Source: Halobacteriovoraceae bacterium
GTDB taxonomy: Bacteria > Bdellovibrionota > Bacteriovoracia > Bacteriovoracales > Bacteriovoracaceae
Assembly (NCBI GenBank): GCA_963719505.1
Contig: CAVRCF010000001.1
Coordinates: forward strand, 96,001-160,000
DNA length: 64,000 bases
Reading direction: 5' to 3'
Positions 1-9,267 of this stretch are shown one piece after another. The translations under genes were made by a program, and so were the position numbers. The notes beneath the pieces are model-generated. The model saw nothing but the letters and a program-made list of their open reading frames with translations, was not told the origin of the DNA and made no database searches. The stretch's first letter is position 1, and each line of letters begins with the position of its first letter.

Positions 1-140
1 TGTATGAAAAAAGTGATGGAAAAAAATTAGTGTCTATGGTTTCTCCCAAAGAGTGGGGTGAAAAAATTCCTTTTGAACGATTTATCGCGCAAGTAAAACT
101 TCTAGCAGATCATACTTGGGATATCGTTGAAGAGGACTAG
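1..140 (+). CDS. 3' end of a DUF2452-like protein (truncated by the window edge)
   Basis: Manual translation from base 3: YEKSDGKKLVSMVSPKEWGEKIPFERFIAQVKLLADHTWDIVEED*. The SxxxPxEW...LLADHTW ending resembles DUF2452. Confidence 0.6.
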   Translation, partial: YEKSDGKKLVSMVSPKEWGEKIPFERFIAQVKLLADHTWDIVEED

Positions 141-718
141 TTTTTCTTATTAAACTTCTTAACCGTATTAACCATCCCTTTTTCTGACTCTAACATACTT
201 TGAAAGTACTCAGGTGCCTTGGGAGCAGTAACATCTTTATTCATTTTCTTTAGTAAGTAAGATGGACTCACTCTTTTTCCCTTTTTAAGAAAAATAACTT
301 TGGCAATCGCCGAGGCTTTAATCTGATTATCTTTAATAAATTCTTGCTTTAAATAAAACCAACTGTCATCCCAAGTTAAGACTTTGGTATGGAGTTCATA
401 TTTTTCGAAAGGAGCCAGTGGTTTAAAAAAATTAATATTAATCCCAGATGCCACGGCTGATAATTTATCAGAAAGTACGAGCTTATGCAGACCAAAACGA
501 ATCACAAACTCTGTCCGCCCAATATCCATAATCGTCAAATAACGTCCGTTATTCATGTGAAAATTCAGATCAAGGTCGGTGGGAAGAACTCGCATCTTTA
601 TCACAGAAGTCTCGTGATACTCTAAGGGTCTGTGAAAGATAAGGTTTTTAAAGATATTATAAAAAAAGCGAAATATTAGATTCATATGAACCTCTAACAC
701 ACATACTGGAACGTGCAA
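137..718 (-). CDS. Hotdog-fold acyl-CoA thioesterase (4HBT_2/THEM6-like)
   Basis: Motif PTDLDLNFHMNNGRYLTIMDIGR. True start is probably the internal MNLIFR Met (~685). Confidence 0.85.
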   Translation of the reverse strand: MHVPVCVLEVHMNLIFRFFYNIFKNLIFHRPLEYHETSVIKMRVLPTDLDLNFHMNNGRYLTIMDIGRTEFVIRFGLHKLVLSDKLSAVASGININFFKPLAPFEKYELHTKVLTWDDSWFYLKQEFIKDNQIKASAIAKVIFLKKGKRVSPSYLLKKMNKDVTAPKAPEYFQSMLESEKGMVNTVKKFNKKN

Positions 719-806
719 ATAATACTCTCACATTAAAAAGGTGAAATTTTTACATTAAGAGTAAATAATTAATATTTTTAATTTAATAACTATATCATAG
801 GTTTCT

Positions 807-1901
807 ATGAAATTTCTTTTACTTATTCTTACAACTTTAATCTCTATTAACTCTTATGGTTTAACAAACCTTGAACTGTTAAATAAACTCGTTAAAAATG
901 AGAAATATGGAAAGGTTATAGGAGTTTATAAAACCCCAAGCTTTATTAACTCTCTTTCGGCCAAGTACAATATCCCTGAAGTAAAATTAATGCCAAAAGA
1001 TGTAGTCTACTTTTATGTTCCGGAGAAATTTTCAGATATGTCCCTATCCTGGCTTGGATTCTCTCATCGCCAAAAGCAAGAGCCAGTTGGAACCTGGGAT
1101 GAGAACCCTGGTCTTACAAGTGCGCTTGTTTATACTTCTAGTATGCCAAAGGATAACCTTAGATATTGGGGAGGACCATCTTCTGGTTCTTTGGGAGCTA
1201 AGTTTGCCGAAATTGGTATCTACCCTGAATACGACGCACTTTATGAATGGCCATTGAAGGGCCATAGAGGTGTCAACAATAAGAAGAAATCATTTAAGTT
1301 AATTTCTCCAAACGTTATTCGGATTCAAAATATCGGGACTGACGATGTTTATTTCAGTGAGTTAGATTTCAAAGTTACACCATCTCCAGATGATATTTAT
1401 GAAGACTTTATTTTTACAAAAAATTCTCATTTTGGTGCTGTTGATTCTATGATCGGTCGTTTTTACGGAGGTGGTCAAAGGCACAGAGGCTTATACCCAA
1501 ATTCGATAATATTGAGTCATCAGCCTAATGCGAAACAGCCCAAACTACCAAGCGGGTTTAAAGTATCTAAAAACGAACTTCGAATTAAACTCCCTACAGA
1601 TACAAAGTTTTCATTTATTCAAATAATGTGTGGAGACAGTCATCCGGATATGGTCATAAATAGAGACGGTGGGTATGGAACATCAGGAAATGCCAGAATG
1701 AACATCTGGATTTCCAATTCATTAACAGGAAAAAAACGTCTACTTGATAAAAATATAAATATCCCTCCAGAAGGCGTAATTGTAGTCTCTGAAATATTGG
1801 ATAGAGTTAAGCCAGAACTTGGCGATGAAATAGTCATAGTAAATAATAAGTTGAAGTCTCCGCTCTACATCATGGCTATTAGGCTTGGTTTTCAGCCATA
1901 G
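807..1901 (+). CDS. Secreted hypothetical protein
   Basis: 364 aa ORF with N-terminal signal peptide MKFLLLILTTLISINSYG. No family recognised. Confidence 0.75.
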   Translation: MKFLLLILTTLISINSYGLTNLELLNKLVKNEKYGKVIGVYKTPSFINSLSAKYNIPEVKLMPKDVVYFYVPEKFSDMSLSWLGFSHRQKQEPVGTWDENPGLTSALVYTSSMPKDNLRYWGGPSSGSLGAKFAEIGIYPEYDALYEWPLKGHRGVNNKKKSFKLISPNVIRIQNIGTDDVYFSELDFKVTPSPDDIYEDFIFTKNSHFGAVDSMIGRFYGGGQRHRGLYPNSIILSHQPNAKQPKLPSGFKVSKNELRIKLPTDTKFSFIQIMCGDSHPDMVINRDGGYGTSGNARMNIWISNSLTGKKRLLDKNINIPPEGVIVVSEILDRVKPELGDEIVIVNNKLKSPLYIMAIRLGFQP

Positions 1902-1988
1902 AAAAGCCTATTTGCACACAATCGTTAAAAATCAGGAAAAAGATACCTGGCTTTCCTTATCGGTTGATCAATCTGATAAAATAATCCC

Positions 1989-2555
1989 ATGAAAAATATG
2001 ATCTTTATAATGAGCTTTCTAATTTTTATCCCCCTTACACATAGTGCTGAAAACTCACTGAGTATAGAGCCCCTCTACGGTATTGAGCGGACCCAAAGGG
2101 AATACCCAAAACCGGCTAAATACACCACTCGAACTTTTATTGGGATCAGAGGTATTTACGGAACCTCTCTTCTGTCGGGAGAGCTTGAGGTCAGTCAGTC
2201 CAATAGTAGTGATGAGTTTCCCGATGATAATGAAAAGGTTGACTATAGCACTCAACGGGCCATGGTTGGTTTGAGGTCATATCCCCTAACAAGTCAGTAT
2301 GTGGGTGTATTTTTAAGAGCGGGAGCTCGTGCACAGATTAATAAAAGAACGATAAAAAGAGCCAATGAAACAGTAGAGGAAGAAGATCCACTAACCTTTG
2401 ACCCTTACGCAGGAACCGGTGTGACCGTGGCTTTTGGGAGCGTCTTTGCCCTGAGCGCAGGAGCGACCCTTATGTACAATAGAAATGCTCCAAGTTCCGA
2501 ACAGTATGACACTCAGTACACGTTGAGCTTTACCTTTAGAGCAGGAAATAGATAG
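1989..2555 (+). CDS. Small outer-membrane beta-barrel protein
   Basis: Signal peptide, alternating amphipathic beta strands, PYAGTGV motif, aromatic C-terminal strand YTLSFTF. Confidence 0.65.
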   Translation: MKNMIFIMSFLIFIPLTHSAENSLSIEPLYGIERTQREYPKPAKYTTRTFIGIRGIYGTSLLSGELEVSQSNSSDEFPDDNEKVDYSTQRAMVGLRSYPLTSQYVGVFLRAGARAQINKRTIKRANETVEEEDPLTFDPYAGTGVTVAFGSVFALSAGATLMYNRNAPSSEQYDTQYTLSFTFRAGNR

Positions 2556-2558
2556 AAG

Positions 2559-3371
2559 ATGGATAAATCATACAGTGGACTAAACTATAAACTCTCAGAA
2601 ATTGAGCATCTTTATGGTGAGAATATTCATATTCTTAATTCACCATACCTCTACACTCTTTTAGAAAGAATAAGCTCACCTAAAACAACACAGCCCCTTT
2701 TCACTGAATATATTAGAAAAGCTTACGCCTTTATGTTTAAGGAAGCTGCCTCTCATTTTTTTGAAACTCAAGTTGTTAACTCTCCAACTCGAATGAAGGA
2801 ATTTCATCCCGAGGGAGAATACAACGGCGAGATCATTAACGACTCTCACAAATGCGTCGTGGTAGATCTTGCAAGAGCAGGTATCATCCCCTCGCAGCTT
2901 ATCTACAATGAACTCAATTATATTTTTAATCCCAAAAACGTAAGGCAAGATCACTTCTACGCCGCAAGACGCACAAACGCTTTAGGTGAAGTGGTTGGTG
3001 TCGACATTTCGGGTTCCAAAATTGGTGGTGATATAGAAGATTCTTATGTTATTTTTCCAGATCCCATGGGAGCCACAGGTGGAACGATCAGTGAGTCGAT
3101 AAAGTTTTATAAAAAACAAGTTCCAGGAACGGCAAAGAAATTTATTTCTTTGCATCTTATAATTACTCCAGAGTATATAAAAAAAATAAAAGCTGATCAC
3201 CCCGACTGTGAAGTCTACGCTATTCGGCTAGATAGAGGTCTATCGACTGATAAAGCTCTTCAAAGTACTCCAGGCCAATACCCCGATGAAGAGAAAGGCT
3301 TAAACTCCAATCAATATATTATCCCTGGTGCCGGCGGCATAGGTGAGCTCTTAAATAACTCATTCGTATAA
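2559..3371 (+). CDS. upp: Uracil phosphoribosyltransferase (divergent type)
   Basis: PRPP loop PDPMGATGGT, LARAG, and C-terminal GLNSNQYIIPGAGGIGE. Confidence 0.8.
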   Translation: MDKSYSGLNYKLSEIEHLYGENIHILNSPYLYTLLERISSPKTTQPLFTEYIRKAYAFMFKEAASHFFETQVVNSPTRMKEFHPEGEYNGEIINDSHKCVVVDLARAGIIPSQLIYNELNYIFNPKNVRQDHFYAARRTNALGEVVGVDISGSKIGGDIEDSYVIFPDPMGATGGTISESIKFYKKQVPGTAKKFISLHLIITPEYIKKIKADHPDCEVYAIRLDRGLSTDKALQSTPGQYPDEEKGLNSNQYIIPGAGGIGELLNNSFV

Positions 3372-3420
3372 CGAAAAACTTATGTTAAAATGATGTGTAT
3401 TTTAACTTAAGGATCTATCA

Positions 3421-4698
3421 ATGAGCGAAGTAAAAAAAGTTTGTATTATCAAGAGTAAAAGAATTCCTTTTATGCGATCAAATACCCATTACAAAGGCTT
3501 ATCTGTAAGGGATTTAATGGTTCCTCCCCTTCAAACATTAGTTTCAGAACTTGGACTCAACGACAAAATTTTAGGGGAAGTGGCTCTGGGAGCTGTTAAC
3601 AAACATGCCTATGATTTTTCACTGGCAAGAGAGTGTGTGATGGATAGTGGTTTAAGCCCAATGACTCCAGCGACTGATCTCCAAAAAGCTTGCGGAACAT
3701 CTCTAGAGGCGACGATACTCATTGCTAATAAAATTGCCCTTGGACAAATTGAGTGTGGTATCGCCGGTGGTGTAGATACCAATAGTGATGTTCCCATTGA
3801 ATTTACAAAGAAATTTTCAGATAGACTTTTGTCTCTTTCAAACGCGAGAACTTTTGGTGATAGACTCAAAGCTTTTAAAGGCTTTAATCCAAAAGAGCTG
3901 CTTCCAAGTATCCCAGCTATTAAAGAACCTCGAACAGGAAAAAGTATGGGCGAGAGCTGTGAAGAGATGGCAAAGACTTGGAATATTTCACGAGAAGATC
4001 AAGATCAATTGGCTTTTGATTCACAACAAAAAGCAGCTTCCGGTTATGAAAAAGGATTCTATGATGACCTTATTATGGAGTTTAAAGGTCATAAAAAAGA
4101 TGGAACTTTTCGTCCCGATACGACTTTAGAAAAGTTGGCAAAACTTAAACCGGCTTTTGATAAAACCAGTGGCAAGGGAACTTTGACTGCAGGAAACTCT
4201 TCAGCGATGACCGATGGAGCAAGCTGTGTGTTTTTATGTTCAGAAGAGTATGCCCAAAAAAATAACTTAGAGGTTTTGGCCCATTTTAAAATTGGAATCT
4301 CAACGGCGGTAAATTATATCGACGACGAAGGTCTTCTCATGGCCCCAGCTTACGCTGTTCCTAAAATGCTTGATATGACAGATAGCTCTTTACAAGCTTT
4401 TGACTTTTATGAAATTCATGAGGCTTTTGCTGCACAAGTTCTCTGTACACTTGAGGCTTGGAACTCTGATGATTTTTGTAAGGCTAAACTTGGAAAAGAA
4501 AAAGCTCTAGGCCAAATCGATCCAACGAAAATGAATATCCACGGTGGATCTTTAGCTGTTGGCCATCCCTTTGCGGCAACGGGAACAAGAATCGTGGGCT
4601 CTCTGGCAAAAATGATTCATGAAAACGGCGGAGGAACAGGACTTATCTCTATCTGTACTGCAGGTGGCATGGGTGTTACAGCTATTATTGAAAAATAA
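3421..4698 (+). CDS. Acetyl-CoA C-acyltransferase (thiolase)
   Basis: ACGTSL active Cys, TAGNSS, HEAFAAQ, GHPFAATG, ISICTAGGMG. Confidence 0.95.
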   Translation: MSEVKKVCIIKSKRIPFMRSNTHYKGLSVRDLMVPPLQTLVSELGLNDKILGEVALGAVNKHAYDFSLARECVMDSGLSPMTPATDLQKACGTSLEATILIANKIALGQIECGIAGGVDTNSDVPIEFTKKFSDRLLSLSNARTFGDRLKAFKGFNPKELLPSIPAIKEPRTGKSMGESCEEMAKTWNISREDQDQLAFDSQQKAASGYEKGFYDDLIMEFKGHKKDGTFRPDTTLEKLAKLKPAFDKTSGKGTLTAGNSSAMTDGASCVFLCSEEYAQKNNLEVLAHFKIGISTAVNYIDDEGLLMAPAYAVPKMLDMTDSSLQAFDFYEIHEAFAAQVLCTLEAWNSDDFCKAKLGKEKALGQIDPTKMNIHGGSLAVGHPFAATGTRIVGSLAKMIHENGGGTGLISICTAGGMGVTAIIEK

Positions 4699-4708
4699 TT
4701 AATTAAAT

Positions 4709-4741
4709 CTAGTTAGAGGCCATCTCAGAGCCTCTGACTAG
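4709..4741 (+). terminator. Hairpin after thiolase (probable terminator)
   Basis: CTAGTTAGAGGC-catctcaga-GCCTCTGACTAG, followed by a short T run. Confidence 0.55.
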
Positions 4742-4803
4742 CACCTTTTCTCCATATATATTCTTACCAACAAATTATCTCTATCATGACCTCAAGACCT
4801 ATT

Positions 4804-4820
4804 TTGGCATATGTATTGCT
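4804..4820 (+). promoter_or_regulatory. Sigma54 (-24/-12) promoter
   Basis: TTGGCATATGTATTGCT matches GG-N10-GC with TGGCA/TTGC cores. It lies upstream of the 4936 CDS. Confidence 0.7.
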
Positions 4821-4935
4821 TGTAAATCAGCACAACCTTAGTAGCCGTGAAGATTTCAAAGATAAAGTGTCTAAAACTTCAGCAAACTTGGCTGTATCGT
4901 AAAAATAATAGTCATAACAAAAATGGAGAGAGAAC

Positions 4936-5430
4936 ATGAAAAACCTAGCAATTAGTGCCTTATTTTTATTATCAACAGCAGCTTTATCTTGTCCAATAGC
5001 AAAAAATCTTGCTGATGTTGGTGAAAACTGGGAATTGAGTTTGAACTCTCTTCACGAGCAAACAGTCATGTATAATTCTTATAATTATGTAAGCTCGATT
5101 GATAGCAAAAATCAATTAACGACAATTGCACTAGGTGATAACCGAGCAATTAAGAAAGATCAAAAAGTTAAAATTCTCTTTAATGAATCTGAAATCTATA
5201 GAGAAGATGGTAAAGCCATAGACAGAAGTGCTAAAGGTGTTGCATCAATAAACGGTGAACTAAGTGAAATCTTCATTACAATGAATGACAAACAAGACAA
5301 AAGCATTACTCTTGGAGACTTTATTGAAAATATCAAAGCAGACTTTAAAGTGGAATGTAAGTTAAAAGAGTCAGTTCAATTTAATGACGTGGAACAGGAG
5401 GAAGAAGAAACTCAAGCTTTACAGTCATGA
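4936..5430 (+). CDS. Secreted hypothetical protein
   Basis: GGAGAG RBS, signal peptide, acidic C-terminal tail. Confidence 0.75.
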   Translation: MKNLAISALFLLSTAALSCPIAKNLADVGENWELSLNSLHEQTVMYNSYNYVSSIDSKNQLTTIALGDNRAIKKDQKVKILFNESEIYREDGKAIDRSAKGVASINGELSEIFITMNDKQDKSITLGDFIENIKADFKVECKLKESVQFNDVEQEEEETQALQS

Positions 5431-5451
5431 TGAAAAAAATATGTGCCTGAA

Positions 5452-5802
5452 TTAATTTAAATAGTCAGGGTCATCTAGTATGGCCCTGGCAAATAGAGCT
5501 GTATAAATACTAAAGATCGCCACTCCAACAAGCATTAAAGTTATCCCCACTAGTCTTCCATAAGTTGTTACAGGAGAGATATCTCCAAAGCCCACAGTTG
5601 TTGCGGTTTGAAAGCTCCACCAAAGAGCATCCATAAAAGTTAAAATGCCAGGATTGACTTCTTTTTCGATAAAGTAGATTAATCCCGCAAAAGTGAACAC
5701 CACAATATTACCTAACACAGATAAAGTGATAAAAGGGACACTCGTAAGAAGTTTATAAATGAGCTTTAGAAAGTGAATACTTTTTTTGAGGATAGTTTTC
5801 AT
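5452..5802 (-). CDS. Minimal 2-TM potassium channel (KcsA-like)
   Basis: DALWWSFQTATTVGFGDISP pore helix and selectivity filter between two TM helices. Confidence 0.9.
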   Translation of the reverse strand: MKTILKKSIHFLKLIYKLLTSVPFITLSVLGNIVVFTFAGLIYFIEKEVNPGILTFMDALWWSFQTATTVGFGDISPVTTYGRLVGITLMLVGVAIFSIYTALFARAILDDPDYLN

Positions 5803-5823
5803 ATCCTCAGTCTAGTTTACTTT

Positions 5824-6522
5824 TTAAAAGAATTCAAAAAGTAAAAACTCTGACTTCTCGACCCCTTTTAAAGAAGTAAGTTCGCCTTTTTCAAATGATG
5901 CGCCATCAGCTTTCCCAAGCTCAACCCCACCAACTTCAACTTTTCCTTGAATAATTTGAAGCCAATACTTAGCTTCTTTATTGGGAGACTCAATCTTTAC
6001 ATCAGGACTTAAGCCACCTAGATGAAGATTCACATCTTGATAAATCTTTGCTACACCCGGAACATCTTCAGGACCGCCAATAAGAATAAGTGAATCCTGC
6101 TCGATTCTCTCTTTATAAGAGAACTGATCATAACGAGGTTCAACATTATTTTTATTTGTCTCAATCCAGATTTGATACAACTCGGTTTCTTTAACGGAGC
6201 TAGGATTAAACTCACTGTGGGAAATACCACTTCCTGCTGACATTAATTGGATTTCACCAGGTTTAATAATCTCTTGATTCCCAAGGGTGTCTTTGTGTTC
6301 TAGCTCTCCCCTTAGGACAAATGTGATAATTTCCATATTACTGTGAGAGTGGGTAGGGAATCCACCACTGGGAGCGATAATATCATTATTAATAACTCTT
6401 AAAGATTCAAACCCCATATGAGCCGGATCAAAATAAGACCCAAAAGAGAAAGTATGCTTGGCATCTAACCAATCAATTTTAAAGGCTCCTCTTTCACTAG
6501 CTTTTCTAACTTTCATAACCAC
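5824..6522 (-). CDS. Pirin family protein (YhhW-like)
   Basis: HTFSF, GFPTHSHSNMEI, MSAGSGISHSE, YQIWI motifs. Confidence 0.92.
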   Translation of the reverse strand: MVMKVRKASERGAFKIDWLDAKHTFSFGSYFDPAHMGFESLRVINNDIIAPSGGFPTHSHSNMEIITFVLRGELEHKDTLGNQEIIKPGEIQLMSAGSGISHSEFNPSSVKETELYQIWIETNKNNVEPRYDQFSYKERIEQDSLILIGGPEDVPGVAKIYQDVNLHLGGLSPDVKIESPNKEAKYWLQIIQGKVEVGGVELGKADGASFEKGELTSLKGVEKSEFLLFEFF

Positions 6523-6532
6523 TCCCCAAAAG

Positions 6533-6557
6533 CCCCCCTTGTGGTGAACAAGGGGGG
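6533..6557 (-). terminator. GC-rich hairpin between yceI-like and pirin genes
   Basis: CCCCCCTTGT-ggtga-ACAAGGGGGG. On the minus strand it is followed by CTTTT. Confidence 0.45.
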
Positions 6558-6566
6558 ATCAATCTA

Positions 6567-7115
6567 TTATTTACTTTGAATTGAAAACTCTAACTCTACT
6601 TCATGATGAATAAATTTATCACCCAAGCTAGAATCTTTCCCGTAAAGGATATTAAACTTTGTTCTATCAAACGCTAATTTTCCTTCATAAGCCTTACCAA
6701 CTTTTTTATAGTCAAACTTAACTGGATTCGTGATTCCGTTAATAGTTAAATCCGCTATAACTGTATTTCCTTTACTCGACTTAATTTGAAGTTTCGACTT
6801 TGGATGATTCTTAACATCAAAAAAGTCAGAACTTTTCATATGTTCCATAAATTTTTCCGCCCATTCTCCAGATAAATCTTCAACAGTAAAATTTGTCATA
6901 TCCACAACAAAGTTTCCGCCAACAAGTTTATCGTTCTTTGTTTGAATATCACCATCAACGAGTTTGATTTTTCCGTTATGAGATCCCATTTTAAACCCAG
7001 CGGCCCCTTTACTTCCTTTCCACTTTAAAACACTTTTCTCAAGGTCAAGGTTTCCAGCAAAAGCTGTCGATGTTGTTAGTGCTGCTACTAGTAGTAATTT
7101 AAAAAATCTATTCAT
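6567..7115 (-). CDS. YceI family periplasmic lipid/polyisoprenoid-binding protein
   Basis: Signal peptide, HMKSSDFFDVKNHP, ADLTINGIT, FDRTKF. Confidence 0.9.
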   Translation of the reverse strand: MNRFFKLLLVAALTTSTAFAGNLDLEKSVLKWKGSKGAAGFKMGSHNGKIKLVDGDIQTKNDKLVGGNFVVDMTNFTVEDLSGEWAEKFMEHMKSSDFFDVKNHPKSKLQIKSSKGNTVIADLTINGITNPVKFDYKKVGKAYEGKLAFDRTKFNILYGKDSSLGDKFIHHEVELEFSIQSK

Positions 7116-7227
7116 AGTTCCTCCGTTAGTTATCTATGTCTGGATTCATACTAGAACAGGTCAACATAAGAAAAAATTATTATTACTTGATTATCTATAT
7201 AAATTAAAGTTATACTTATATTACATT

Positions 7228-8103
7228 ATGACGTATGATCAATTAGTTACACTTGATGCCATTATAAAGCATGGAAGCTTTAAGGCTGCCTCGCAGCATT
7301 TGTTTAAGTCTCAACCAAGCTTAAGTATGGCCATCAAGAAGCTCGAAGAAGAGTTTGGAATCAAGCTCTTTAATAGAGATAGTTACAGGCCTACTCTCAC
7401 GGAAGAGGGACAGGCTTTTTATCAAAAGTCTCTACCTGCACTAGAGAAATTTAACGAACTCACACTTTTTGGAACAGAACTAGGTATGGGTGTGGAAGCT
7501 GAGATCAGTATCAGTCTAGATGCTATCTGTCCGCTACAAGAAATTAGTAAAATCTTTAAGCATTTCATGGAACCTCATATATCGACCACCCTAAACTTAA
7601 ATGTCGATATGCTGGATGAACTTGAAAGGAAGCTAGTGGAAAAAGAGATTGATTTTGCCATTGGTGTAAATTTTAGTAAAAGCTCTGATCTTGAGACTAT
7701 CCCCATTTTAGAAACAACGATGACTCCTGTTATTCATAGTGATTTCTATAAAAGTACCAACGGCTCTTTGGAACAATTAAAACAATATCCACAAATCATC
7801 GTCAAAAGTTCACCGACGGCTTCAACGAGAAAAATATTTGGAGCGGCAAAAGATATGAAACAGTGGTTCACGACAGATATGTCTATGAAAGAGAAGTTAA
7901 TTGTCAATGGTCTGGGATGGGGTCGCCTCCCTTGTCATCAAATACAACAACTCTTGGACGATGGAACCCTGGTGGAGATAAGAGATATTAAAGGTATTGC
8001 GCCCGAGCCAGTTGAAATTAGTTTAATAAGAAATATAACCAAAACGATGGGGCCAAATACAAAGCGCCTTTGGGACTATCTTGCTACGATGTCTAAGTCG
8101 TAG
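7228..8103 (+). CDS. LysR family transcriptional regulator
   Basis: GSFKAASQHLFKSQPSLSMAIKKLEEEFGIKLFNR HTH. Divergent from yceI/pirin, a common arrangement. Confidence 0.95.
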   Translation: MTYDQLVTLDAIIKHGSFKAASQHLFKSQPSLSMAIKKLEEEFGIKLFNRDSYRPTLTEEGQAFYQKSLPALEKFNELTLFGTELGMGVEAEISISLDAICPLQEISKIFKHFMEPHISTTLNLNVDMLDELERKLVEKEIDFAIGVNFSKSSDLETIPILETTMTPVIHSDFYKSTNGSLEQLKQYPQIIVKSSPTASTRKIFGAAKDMKQWFTTDMSMKEKLIVNGLGWGRLPCHQIQQLLDDGTLVEIRDIKGIAPEPVEISLIRNITKTMGPNTKRLWDYLATMSKS

Positions 8104-8974
8104 GATAGATTCTTACCAAGCCTCGGTACTCATCATTATCGTAGTACTTGCCTAAAAAGTAGTCTTCCCCTTCCATATACTTTAAATGCATGAAAGAGCT
8201 GGGACTCATCTCGAGAAGAAAGAGACCTTTCTTTCCACTTTTAATTTTTCCATTATCTCCGCTTCCCCTATTATGACTGTAGAGGCCTCCTTGATAAGAT
8301 AATTTTGATTCATAGTCTCCGGTGACTTTCGATCCATCTTGAATAAAATTTATGTTGAGCTCAACGTCGTGAACTTGATCAGCTTTATTCCCATTTTCTA
8401 TAAGAAGTTTGCCTCGAAAGCTTCCATTAAACCTTCTCATTTTTGCTAAATCATCTATGGGCTTTGCTTTTTTAAAAAATGCGTATGGACTTTTGATTTC
8501 AAACGGAACTTTATTTGCAGCTTCTTGAAACTGGCCTTCCTTAACTTCTTTTTTGATTAAACGAAAGTCACTTTCTTCATCTAACTGCGGCTTTGGAAGA
8601 TCAAGTACCGTGATACCATCTTTTACATTATCTTCTTGTTGTTCGATTTTGGGTTTATTCCCATCCACGAAGTAGCTTTTAACCTCAGGGTTCATTCTCA
8701 TTTGAACATTGGCCAAAAAAATGAGGATGATCTTTCCAATGATCTCATCTGCCTTTAGGTATTTCTCTTTTTGATCTTTAAGTTTGGTGTACTCTAGGAA
8801 TTCTTCTTGGGTTAGATTAAAAAATGCATCAGACATAGAGTCGAGCTTTTTATCAGCCCCAGACTCAATAGGGATCGTCTCAGATCTTACAACAACTTCA
8901 TTCGTAGAAAAGAAGTATTTGCCCGATAGAAGTCCAACGCAAAAGAAGATGAGAATAAGGATAACTGTTTTCAT
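8093..8974 (-). CDS. Hypothetical N-terminally membrane-anchored protein
   Basis: ORF 8093..9013. Start moved to ATG 8974, which follows a GGAG RBS, because the upstream part overlaps a terminator hairpin. Confidence 0.7.
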   Translation of the reverse strand: MKTVILILIFFCVGLLSGKYFFSTNEVVVRSETIPIESGADKKLDSMSDAFFNLTQEEFLEYTKLKDQKEKYLKADEIIGKIILIFLANVQMRMNPEVKSYFVDGNKPKIEQQEDNVKDGITVLDLPKPQLDEESDFRLIKKEVKEGQFQEAANKVPFEIKSPYAFFKKAKPIDDLAKMRRFNGSFRGKLLIENGNKADQVHDVELNINFIQDGSKVTGDYESKLSYQGGLYSHNRGSGDNGKIKSGKKGLFLLEMSPSSFMHLKYMEGEDYFLGKYYDNDEYRGLVRIYPTT

Positions 8975-8983
8975 TTTTACTCC

Positions 8984-9026
8984 AAAAAAAAAAGCCGGTA
9001 TTTGAGTTATCAAGATACCGACTTTT
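8984..9026 (-). terminator. Rho-independent terminator
   Basis: Minus strand AAAAGTCGGTATCTTGA-taac-TCAAATACCGGC followed by T10. Confidence 0.8.
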
Positions 9027-9040
9027 AAACAAAAACAAAA

Positions 9041-9113
9041 CTCTCACAAAGCAACTTCTCTCGTCTCTCAATTGCTCTCAGGCAGGAATCTACGGCCAGC
9101 GAGAAGAAATTGC
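9041..9113 (-). ncRNA. Candidate structured RNA (sRNA or leader) upstream of the terminator
   Basis: 13-bp stem GCAAUUUCU(U)CUCG/CGAGAGAAGUUGC whose U-G pair works only on the minus strand. Four GAGAG motifs. Confidence 0.4.
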
Positions 9114-9267
9114 GATGGGTGATGTAAAATTTTTATGAACACAGTGTTTCAAAAATATTTATAGCTGTAATTCTAGCCACTTAGACTATACTTATGATAG
9201 TATTCCAAAGGAGTAACCAATTGATTTTAAGAAGAGCCCAAAATATGAATAGAGCACAGGAATCATC

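Noticed and set aside
8975..9013. Upstream start of the 306-aa ORF (MITQIPAFFFG)
   Set aside because: This is translation of the terminator hairpin and T tract. The RBS supports ATG 8974.
9060..9100. CTCTCAGG suggesting a glycine riboswitch on the plus strand
   Set aside because: The upstream GGAGA and CCGAAG elements are absent, and G-U pairing favours the minus strand.
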